NCBI GenBank assembly: GCA_017443405.1
Contig: JAFRXS010000208.1
Span: 625 to 64,624, forward strand
From: Clostridia bacterium
GTDB taxonomy: Bacteria; Bacillota; Clostridia; Oscillospirales; Acutalibacteraceae
DNA: 64,000 bases
Direction: 5' to 3'
Below the pieces are notes generated by a model. The model made no database searches. It was not told the DNA's origin and saw nothing but the letters and a program-made list of their open reading frames with translations. The position numbers and the translations under genes were made by a program. Of this stretch, positions 44,963-52,550 are shown in pieces; the first letter of the stretch is position 1; each line of letters opens with the position of its first letter.

Positions 44963-46862
44963 TATATTTTCTCCCGAGGATCCTGATGGTATATCCGACT
45001 TCGCTCGTTTCGACCTCGCACTCAAACAAAGAAAGCGTTTTCTCCAGCCGCTCGGCAGCCTCCGGGTAGAAGTCGTGGAAACCCGAATGGTAGATTCTCG
45101 GTATGTATATGTATTCCGGCGATCTTTGAGGGTGCAGGTCCCAGTATTCTATCTGCCTCGTTTCGAAATCAAGCGGTATGAACCACGCGGTATAAGCGGA
45201 GTACGGCTTGTCAAGACTCATATACATCCACGAAAACAAGCCGAAAACATATACGGGGCCGGTCGCTTTATCGCGGATCGCGTTCAGATCCCTCAAAAGC
45301 GCGTCGTACTTCTCCGCCGCCTGAGGCAGGGTGTATATCCCCTTGAGCGGACCGGCGGTCAGCTTCTCAGACAGATCCGGCGACTCGCTGCCGTAAGCCC
45401 CTCCGTAAACCGAGAAGGAGTCGACGTACAGCTCGCTCCTGCCGCAGATGTTCTCAAACAGAAGAAAATCCTTTTCGAACGCAAGGGAGGCCGCCTCGCA
45501 GACGGGGTGCGCCCAGATGAGGACGCATAGCAGCGCGCAGACGGCTTTTGCCGGAATACGAAGGTTTTTGCGATTATTTATCTTTATTTCCGTATCCTGT
45601 CCGGACGCTTTTATCTCGTCGAGCAGTGCTTTTGCGAATATGAACACGGCGATATTCGATATGACTCCGCCGAGCATGCAGACCACAAGATAGTTTTCGG
45701 AGGAGACGTCCATCATCGCCGAATACGGTATCCCCGCCGCGTAAAAGGCGATAAGCCTTTTGTGTTCCTTTTTGTTTTCGAGCAGCAGGCAGCAGAACGC
45801 GCCGAAGATGAAAAGCGGAATGTGCCGCCAGAGGTACATCAGGCGCGACGAAACGCCCATCCGTATCAGTATGCAAATATACGTCGCGATCGCGAGAACG
45901 GCAGCAGCGGCGATATAGACGAGCCTGCGCTCAAGTCTTTTCCTGTCCGCGAGAACGGCGATGAACAGTACCGCGTCCGCGATAAAGAACGGCAGCCATA
46001 TCTTTGACAGGACGTTGAAAAGACCGGCGTCGAAAAGGTTCTGTCCGCCGCCGCTGAGCAGCGGGAAACGGTATTCGGAGTCGGTGAAGAAGTTCGGCAA
46101 GGCGGAGAGATATTCGCTCAGAGAACCCCTTGAAAGCAAAAAAGCGAAAAAAGCCGCGGCGGAAACAACGATTCCCGCGGTGATGAATAAAAACGATTTA
46201 AGATCGAGCAGATAGAGCGGTTTTCTTTTCTTCTTGAGTATCAGAGATACCGCGACTGCGATAACGTAGATGAAATAAAACACGGCGAGCAGCGGCTCGC
46301 TGAGTACCGCCGCGCCGGTGAGCAGACCGGTAATCAAAAGCGTGAGCGGTTTCTTTGGCTCGTCGCCCGTGAACAGAAGCAGGCAGATGAGCGTGCACGA
46401 CATCAGGCTCATCGTGTAGTAGCTCAGAGCCGGGCAGTTCATCACGGTGTAGCGGCAGTACATCAGAGAAGCAACGGCGGCGATGAAACCGTATTTCCTC
46501 AGCCGGAAAAACGCGAAAAGCGAAACGCCGAACTGCGCTATAAGATACAGATACCTGAAGAAAAGTATTATGCCCTCCGTACCGCGCAGCGAGTAATAGA
46601 TCCTGAACGGAAGATACACAAGCGGTGCGGAGAACTGCGACACGTGCCACTCGTCTATCAGCAGTCTGTCGCCCTGAAGGAGCCTATGCGCGACGTTCAG
46701 GTACATGCTTTCGTCCATCGCGCCCATCCCGCGATGGATATACCATACCATATAAGCGGCGAGAAGCGCGAAGCAGCCGAGTGAGATCCCGTAAAACAAA
46801 GCGGCGTTCCGCCGCGTGAGCGGAGCGCGTAATTTTTCGATCGTCGCGCTGTTTTTTGTCAT
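44955..46862 (-). CDS. GT-C-like polytopic membrane protein (paralog G3 of 6)
   Basis: GMGAMDESMYLNVAHRLLQGDRLLIDEWHVSQF, GPLKGIYT and PEYIYIP. It is very close to G2 through the TM core. Confidence 0.55.
   Translation of the reverse strand: MTKNSATIEKLRAPLTRRNAALFYGISLGCFALLAAYMVWYIHRGMGAMDESMYLNVAHRLLQGDRLLIDEWHVSQFSAPLVYLPFRIYYSLRGTEGIILFFRYLYLIAQFGVSLFAFFRLRKYGFIAAVASLMYCRYTVMNCPALSYYTMSLMSCTLICLLLFTGDEPKKPLTLLITGLLTGAAVLSEPLLAVFYFIYVIAVAVSLILKKKRKPLYLLDLKSFLFITAGIVVSAAAFFAFLLSRGSLSEYLSALPNFFTDSEYRFPLLSGGGQNLFDAGLFNVLSKIWLPFFIADAVLFIAVLADRKRLERRLVYIAAAAVLAIATYICILIRMGVSSRLMYLWRHIPLFIFGAFCCLLLENKKEHKRLIAFYAAGIPYSAMMDVSSENYLVVCMLGGVISNIAVFIFAKALLDEIKASGQDTEIKINNRKNLRIPAKAVCALLCVLIWAHPVCEAASLAFEKDFLLFENICGRSELYVDSFSVYGGAYGSESPDLSEKLTAGPLKGIYTLPQAAEKYDALLRDLNAIRDKATGPVYVFGLFSWMYMSLDKPYSAYTAWFIPLDFETRQIEYWDLHPQRSPEYIYIPRIYHSGFHDFYPEAAERLEKTLSLFECEVETSEVGYTIRILGRKYNV
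45493..45549. repeat. 57-nt block identical to 43599..43655
   Basis: Exact copy of the block at 43599..43655. Confidence 0.9.
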
Positions 46863-46863
46863 A

Positions 46864-47976
46864 TCAGCCTCCGAAGCGGTCGCAGGCGTCTATTATCCGT
46901 TCGATCTCTTCACGGGTAAGCTCCGGGAACAGCGGCAGCGTGACGCAGTGCGCGGCGTGATACTCGCTGACGCCCAGCGGAAAGCGGGGAGCGGGAACGT
47001 CCCCGAACGCTTTCATCAGATGGCAGGGGAGCGGGTAATGGACGCGGCAGTCTATGCCGAGATCGCTCATGTGCCGAAGGAAACGGTCGCGTTCGCTGAC
47101 GTGTATGACGTACAGATGCCGCGCGGGGGAGGAATCCTCATTGTATTTCTGTTTCACGATAAGCGGATTCGTTATGCCGCGGTCGTAGATCCCGCTTATC
47201 TCCCGGCGTCGTTGGAGAGCCCCGTCGAGATGCCTAAGTTTGACTGAGAGAATTGCCGCCTGGATATCGTCCATCCTCATATTGAAGCCGACGTCGGAAT
47301 GATCTCCGTCCGCCGTTGTGCAATGCGTCTTGAACGAGTTTATAAGCTTGATCTTCTCACGGTCGCCGGATACGACGCAGCCCGCGTCCCCGCACGCGCC
47401 GAGATTTTTGGTCGGATAAAAGCTGAAGCAGCCCAGTTCACCGAGCGAGCCGGTCTTCTTGCCCTTATACAGCGCGCCGTGAGCCTGGGCGCAGTCCTCA
47501 ACGACGGGTATGCCGTGCGCGTCGGCTATGCCTTTCACCCGGTCAAAGTCGAACGGCACGCCGTAGAGATGCACGCCGACTATCGCCTTTGTCGCTTTCG
47601 TTATCCTTTTTTCGAGATCGGCGGGATCGATCTCCCACGTGTCGGGGTCTATGTCGCAGAATACCGGCGTCGCTCCGTTGTAAACGGCGCCCCACGCCGT
47701 CGCGACAAAGGTATTCGAGGGTATTATGACTTCGTCGCCTTCCCCTATGCCGAGCGCCTTGAGCGCAAGGAAGACCGCGTCGGTGCCGTTGTCGACGGCC
47801 GCTGCGTATGAAACCCCGCAGAAAGCCGCGAAGTCCTTTTCAAATCCCTTTACGAAGCGCCCGTTGCAGAAGTCGGCCGTCCCGAGGACTTCTCCCGCGG
47901 CCCTGACGTATTCGTCGTAAAGGCGCCTGTGCTGCCTGCTCAGGTCGCAGAACGGTATGGGTACTTTATTCATCAT
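46864..47976 (-). CDS. DegT/DnrJ/EryC1/StrS-family PLP-dependent sugar aminotransferase
   Basis: IPFCDL, AVDNGTDAVFLALKALGIGEGDEVIIPSNTFVATAW, VEDCAQAHGA, and FSFYPTKNLGACGDAG carrying the PLP Lys. Confidence 0.85.
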   Translation of the reverse strand: MMNKVPIPFCDLSRQHRRLYDEYVRAAGEVLGTADFCNGRFVKGFEKDFAAFCGVSYAAAVDNGTDAVFLALKALGIGEGDEVIIPSNTFVATAWGAVYNGATPVFCDIDPDTWEIDPADLEKRITKATKAIVGVHLYGVPFDFDRVKGIADAHGIPVVEDCAQAHGALYKGKKTGSLGELGCFSFYPTKNLGACGDAGCVVSGDREKIKLINSFKTHCTTADGDHSDVGFNMRMDDIQAAILSVKLRHLDGALQRRREISGIYDRGITNPLIVKQKYNEDSSPARHLYVIHVSERDRFLRHMSDLGIDCRVHYPLPCHLMKAFGDVPAPRFPLGVSEYHAAHCVTLPLFPELTREEIERIIDACDRFGG

Positions 47977-48916
47977 TCAACAGACTTTCCTCGACAATAT
48001 AACGCGGTCTGTTTTTTGAGTTCAGACCCGAAGAGTAAATATATTCCCCGAGTATCCTCAGCGCGAAAAGAAGCATCGCCGCGACAAGGAAAACGCAGGA
48101 TAAAACGAGAGCGGTCGAGGGGAAACCGCCGCGGCAGACTTTGACGAGCGAACAGATGAAGCCGGCGACCGACAGGAGAAAGCTCGCAAGGCTCATAAGA
48201 CCGATAAGGCGTATCGGCGCGCTGCTGTAGGAGGTGACCGCGCCGACGGCCATGCGGAAAAGCGATTTGAAATTATAGTGCGAGCTCCCCGCCTCGCGCG
48301 GCTTTCTGTCGTGGCAGACCACGCTGTGCTTAAAGCCCAGGAGCGGCACCTCGGCGGGCAGGAAAACGTCCGATCCGCCTCGGTCCAGCAGCGCTTCGAC
48401 CGCTCTTTTGCTCATCAGCCTGTACTGTGAATGCTCGCGGACGAATTCTATTCCGCAAAAGTCGATAAGACGGTAAAATGCACCGGACGTAAGGCGTGTC
48501 ATGAGCGGTTCGTTTCCGCGCGAGCGCCTGACGCCGTAGACTATCTCGCTGCCCTTTGCGTATTCTCTCAGCATTTCGTCTATTGCGTCCGTGCCGTCCT
48601 GAAGGTCGGCGTCAGTCGTGATCACGACGTCGGCGAAGCTTATCGCCGCCTCCATGCCCGCGAGGTTCGCGTTCTGCTCCCCGCTGTTGTGCGCCAGGCT
48701 TATGCCGGTGAACAAACTGTCGTTCTCGGACGCTTCACGGATGAGCTCCCACGTGCGGTCGGTCGAACAGTCGTTGACCATAAGGACGCGGCTCTTCGGA
48801 GAAACCAGCCCCTCGCCGATGAGCGCGCGGAGCTTTTCTTGCATGGCCGGAATGGTCAGCGGCAGCACTTCCGCCTCGTTATAGCAGGGGAGAACGATAC
48901 ACAGAGTATCCGCCAA
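47966..48916 (-). CDS. polyprenyl-phosphate glycosyltransferase, GT2 of the GtrB/ArnC/CsbB type
   Basis: IVLPCYNEAEVL, VNDCSTDRT, TTDADLQD and YRLMSKRAV are followed by two C-terminal TM helices and LGEYI...K.RPRYIVEE. This is the typical bactoprenol-P sugar synthase architecture. Confidence 0.8.
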   Translation of the reverse strand: MADTLCIVLPCYNEAEVLPLTIPAMQEKLRALIGEGLVSPKSRVLMVNDCSTDRTWELIREASENDSLFTGISLAHNSGEQNANLAGMEAAISFADVVITTDADLQDGTDAIDEMLREYAKGSEIVYGVRRSRGNEPLMTRLTSGAFYRLIDFCGIEFVREHSQYRLMSKRAVEALLDRGGSDVFLPAEVPLLGFKHSVVCHDRKPREAGSSHYNFKSLFRMAVGAVTSYSSAPIRLIGLMSLASFLLSVAGFICSLVKVCRGGFPSTALVLSCVFLVAAMLLFALRILGEYIYSSGLNSKNRPRYIVEESLLNDE

Positions 48917-48931
48917 GAGAGATCACGTCCT

Positions 48932-50416
48932 TTATTTCAGATCGTATTTTTTGAGGATGAGAGGGAAGAAATAGCGGTTGACGAAAACGCTCAGGAACTG
49001 ATAGGCGGCGGCAAACGCCTCGGAGAAAAAGTATATGACGCCGTGGCCGAACAGACCCTTTACCGCGTCGGTGACGGTCTTTACCGCGAAGCTGTGCTCC
49101 TGCTCTTTGCCGTCGGCGCTCCCCTTTGCCCAGAAGCTCTGCCACAGGAAGAACGCCCTGACGACCTTGAGGTCGCGGTTCGGTATCTCCGAATAGTTTT
49201 TAAGGACCTTGTAAAGCGAAAACGCTCTTGCTTCCCTTTTGAGATCGAAGGTCCTCGCGTGGAGTTTTTCATAGTCCGGCAGGTTGTTGTACATGGCGGA
49301 CCGCGCGAAGGGCAGGTAAAAATTGAACTGGTACTGGGAAGTCCTTATCTTTTTCGCGAAGTCGACCGTCTGCTTGAAATCCTCCGTCTTCTCGCCCGGC
49401 AGGGCGATGATGAACGCCGTGACGGTATTGAGCCCCGCGTCGTAAGCGGCGTTGACGGAAGCGGCAGCGGCGTCGAGGTCCAGCCCCTTGCAAACCGTTT
49501 TCTGCATGCGCGGGCTGCCCGTTTCTATGCCGATGAAGACCCAGCGGCAGCCGACGGAATACATCAGATCGTAATCCTCTCTGCTGAAGATGTCCGCCCT
49601 GGTCTGGCAGCCCCATTTGATGTCGAGCCCGGAGTCGCGCAGCTTTTCGCAGAACTCTTTGAGCCACGCTCTGCCGGTGCCGAAGCACTCGTCGGCGAAA
49701 TAAGCCGCGCGCATATCGTATCCATCATGAAGCATCTTAAGCTCTGCGATAACGTCGTCTATCGGCCGCAGCCGCTGCCTGCACAGATGGAAATACGGGT
49801 TGTAGCAGAAGGTGCAGGACCCCGGGCAGCCCTTTGAGGCGTAGACGTGAAGGCCGTTTTTGCAGCCGTAAAAGGTCTCGAAATACTTGGCGACGGGCAC
49901 GAGCGACCAGTCGAGCACGCCGAGTTCGGCAAGATCCAGGAACGGGGCGCGTCGGTTCGTGACCATTTTGCCGTCCTTTAAATAAGCTGCCGAGCCGACG
50001 TCCTCTATCTTCCTTTTGCCCTCGTAGTACTCTATAATGTGGAGCCACGAGATCTCGCCCTCGCCGATCGAAACTATGTCGCCTATGCGGTTGTGAAGCA
50101 TCGATTCGGGCATCATGGAAGCCACCGGACCGCCGGCTACGACGTGCGCGCCGTGCTCTCTCGCCATTGAGGCTATGAACACCGCATCCTCGAGTCCCAG
50201 AGCGGATACCGTGGATATCCCGACTATATCGGGTCGCCTGAGCGTTAGCTCCTCCTTAAGGTCGAGGTGGTTCATCATTCGGTCGCAGATCCACGCTTCG
50301 TGCCCCCGCCGGTTCAGAAAGGTACACAACGAAATGGCCCCCAGCGGAGCGGCCGGCGAACCTGTGTATTTTTCTGCCATGGGGAGAACAAAGAGTATCT
50401 TCACGTTGACGTCCAA
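48932..50416 (-). CDS. B12-binding-domain radical SAM protein, short class (rSAM-A2)
   Basis: PLGAISLCTFLNRRGHEAWICD, PDIVGISTVS, AHVVAGGPVAS and ASKGCPGSCTFC. The start is uncertain (TTG at 50416 or GTG at 50404), and no strong RBS is visible. Confidence 0.8.
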   Translation of the reverse strand: MDVNVKILFVLPMAEKYTGSPAAPLGAISLCTFLNRRGHEAWICDRMMNHLDLKEELTLRRPDIVGISTVSALGLEDAVFIASMAREHGAHVVAGGPVASMMPESMLHNRIGDIVSIGEGEISWLHIIEYYEGKRKIEDVGSAAYLKDGKMVTNRRAPFLDLAELGVLDWSLVPVAKYFETFYGCKNGLHVYASKGCPGSCTFCYNPYFHLCRQRLRPIDDVIAELKMLHDGYDMRAAYFADECFGTGRAWLKEFCEKLRDSGLDIKWGCQTRADIFSREDYDLMYSVGCRWVFIGIETGSPRMQKTVCKGLDLDAAAASVNAAYDAGLNTVTAFIIALPGEKTEDFKQTVDFAKKIRTSQYQFNFYLPFARSAMYNNLPDYEKLHARTFDLKREARAFSLYKVLKNYSEIPNRDLKVVRAFFLWQSFWAKGSADGKEQEHSFAVKTVTDAVKGLFGHGVIYFFSEAFAAAYQFLSVFVNRYFFPLILKKYDLK

Positions 50417-50427
50417 AATAAAATAAC

Positions 50428-50455
50428 TTGACTATAATTCAATTATCATTATAAT
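50428..50455 (+). promoter_or_regulatory. consensus sigma-A promoter for operon 3 (CotH side)
   Basis: TTGACT (50428-50433), 16-nt spacer, TATAAT (50450-50455). Confidence 0.6.
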
Positions 50456-50476
50456 ATATACAGAAGTTCATGTCAA
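50448..50476 (-). promoter_or_regulatory. consensus sigma-A promoter for operon 2 (rSAM-A2 side)
   Basis: On the minus strand: TTGACA (complement 50471-50476), 17-nt spacer, TATAAT (complement 50448-50453). Its -10 overlaps the plus-strand -10 within ATTATAAT. Confidence 0.6.
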
Positions 50477-50534
50477 TATAAATCACCCTTAACGCTGCAG
50501 CGCGACGCGAAGAAAACCGATCACACCGAACGGT

Positions 50535-52547
50535 GTGTGGCGATATGAAAAACGCCGAACAGCGCCCCGGGCGGAACGCTCTGTCGTTGTGAAGAATCAG
50601 CGGTCGCAGCGGACAAAAGGCTCCGCTCCGGTAAAAGACCGGCGACCGCCCGAAGCCGAGAGTCCAGACTTGAAGAAAAAAAGACCGACAGCGATGATAA
50701 TCGCCGCCGCGGCGCTGGTTCTCGCGGCGGCTATCGCCGTCGTCGTGTTTTTTTACTTTTACGGCAAAAACAGCCGCTCTCCGACGATCCTAGTGAATCC
50801 CTACGGCGGCGAACCTGATTCGCCTGATACGATATCGGTGAGGAACGAGGGCGATAGCTACCGTCTCGATCTCCCCGCCGACGCCGACCGGAAAAACCTT
50901 AAAGTCTGGTGGTATCCCGAGGAACAGAGCATGAGCGTCAACGGGAAGCAGCTCGCCTACGGCGAGTCGACCTCCGTTTTCGGCGTCAGGGACAGCTACT
51001 CGCTAACGTTCGGAGGTGAAAACTATTCCCTTAAACTGGAGCAGTCGCTCGACCTCCCCGCCGTGTTTCTTGTGACGGACTCACGAAAAACAGAATACCT
51101 TTTGGCCGACAAGGACAACAAGGAGCCCGGGCGCGCGGTCGTGCGCGAGAACGGCGAAGCCGTGATCGACGCGGAGCTCGAGCATATCAAGGGCAGGGGG
51201 AACCACTGGGACGAATACGGCGCGCCGGCAAGACTCGCCAGACCCTACAACATTAAATTTAAGGAAAAAACAGAGCTTCTGGGTATGGCGTCCGCCAAAA
51301 AGTGGGTGCTTAAGCCTACAGGCATCGTGGAGGACAACAGCGCCTACGCTCTGGCGCGCCGCATGGGGCTAAGCTTTACCCCCGAGCTGCGCAGCGCGGA
51401 CGTCTACCTCAACAACGTCTATCTCGGAAAGTATCAGATAAGCTCGAGCGTCCAGGTCTCCGGCAGCAGGGTCGACATCGCCGACCTTAAGGAACTTAAC
51501 GAAAAAGCGAACCCTTCCGTCGACTTTAAAACGCTTCCCAAAAGCGGCACGAGCGCGCCAGATGACCTGAGTCCCGGCTGCAGAAAATGGGTGGAGGCGC
51601 CGAACGACCCGGACGATATCACCGGCGGGTACCTGATCGAGGTCGACGATTCCGACCATTACGCCGAGGACGTTTCCGGTTTCATCACCGACCGCGGATT
51701 CTCCCTGGTGATCAAGGACCCAGAATACGCAACGCGCTCCGAGGTTGAGTATATCGCCGACTACTGGCAGGAAGCAGAGGACGCGCTGTATTCCGAGACC
51801 GGATATAATTCTCTGGGAAAGCATTACGGCGAGTATTTTGATATGGATTCTCTTGTAAGGATATATATCCTTCAGGAGATAACCAAAAACGCCGACTCCG
51901 GCGTCACGAGCTGCTTTTTCTACAAGGACGCGGGCGGAAAGCTTTTCGCCGGTCCCGCCTGGGATTACGACGCCGCGCTCGGCCTCGAGTACGAATACGA
52001 GGGGCTCGATCTCAACGATCCCGGGACCTGGTGGGTCAACCAGCGCGTGCGCGATTGGTGGGACGACTATCCGCTGCTGTTCTGCGCGCTTTATTCCCGC
52101 GAGGATTTCAGGTCGGCGGTGTTCGATATGTGGGAGGAAAACGCCGACGCCTGGCTGAGCGAAGATTATTTCTCGGAGCTTTACGCCTTCGGGGAGTCAC
52201 TTGCCGCGACGAGCGCCGGCGTGTTTTCGCAGAGAGGCGCGGCGTATATTGAGTCGCGGGACAGGGTGATCCGGTTCCTGAAAGAAAGAAAAACTGCTCT
52301 CGATCTGGGGTTTTCGCCCGACGCGGCTTACGTCCGCTACGACGCCGGCGGCGGGACCGGGCACATCTACGAGACCGCCATGTACAGGATCGGGGACGGG
52401 TACACGCTTAAGGAAAACGCATATGAAAAGGACGGCTCCGAATTTAAGGGCTGGAGCACGGTCCCCGGCGGAGAAGCAGAGTATCAGCCGGGCGACAGGA
52501 CGACCCTCGAAACGGGATATACCGTTTTTTACGCAGTTTGGGAATGA
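50535..52547 (+). CDS. CotH-family (atypical kinase fold) protein with N-terminal membrane anchor and C-terminal Listeria/Bacteroides-type repeat
   Basis: The TM anchor is MIIAAAALVLAAAIAVVVFFYF. The CotH-like core includes KPYNIKF, KKWVLKP, DVYLNNVYLGKYQ, YLIEVD and FFYKDAGGKLFAGPAWDYD. The C-terminal segment is YDAGGGTG...YEKDGSEFKGWSTVPGG...TVFYAVWE. The start is uncertain: TTG at 50670 or ATG at 50694 is more plausible than 50535. Confidence 0.65.
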   Translation: MWRYEKRRTAPRAERSVVVKNQRSQRTKGSAPVKDRRPPEAESPDLKKKRPTAMIIAAAALVLAAAIAVVVFFYFYGKNSRSPTILVNPYGGEPDSPDTISVRNEGDSYRLDLPADADRKNLKVWWYPEEQSMSVNGKQLAYGESTSVFGVRDSYSLTFGGENYSLKLEQSLDLPAVFLVTDSRKTEYLLADKDNKEPGRAVVRENGEAVIDAELEHIKGRGNHWDEYGAPARLARPYNIKFKEKTELLGMASAKKWVLKPTGIVEDNSAYALARRMGLSFTPELRSADVYLNNVYLGKYQISSSVQVSGSRVDIADLKELNEKANPSVDFKTLPKSGTSAPDDLSPGCRKWVEAPNDPDDITGGYLIEVDDSDHYAEDVSGFITDRGFSLVIKDPEYATRSEVEYIADYWQEAEDALYSETGYNSLGKHYGEYFDMDSLVRIYILQEITKNADSGVTSCFFYKDAGGKLFAGPAWDYDAALGLEYEYEGLDLNDPGTWWVNQRVRDWWDDYPLLFCALYSREDFRSAVFDMWEENADAWLSEDYFSELYAFGESLAATSAGVFSQRGAAYIESRDRVIRFLKERKTALDLGFSPDAAYVRYDAGGGTGHIYETAMYRIGDGYTLKENAYEKDGSEFKGWSTVPGGEAEYQPGDRTTLETGYTVFYAVWE

Positions 52548-52550
52548 CAG

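Noticed and set aside
44963-45025. An N-terminal extension of G2 (MSARSKRAKSDIPSGSSGENI...) that overlaps G3 by 71 nt.
   Set aside because: An internal ATG at 44962 gives the 8-nt ATGTCTGA overlap typical of this locus and aligns with the N-terminus of G3. The extension remains possible but is less parsimonious.
50406-50438. An alternative plus-strand promoter, TTGACG (50406-50411) with TATAAT (50433-50438).
   Set aside because: The spacer would be 21 nt, outside the functional range. The TTGACT-16-TATAAT arrangement at 50428-50455 is far better.
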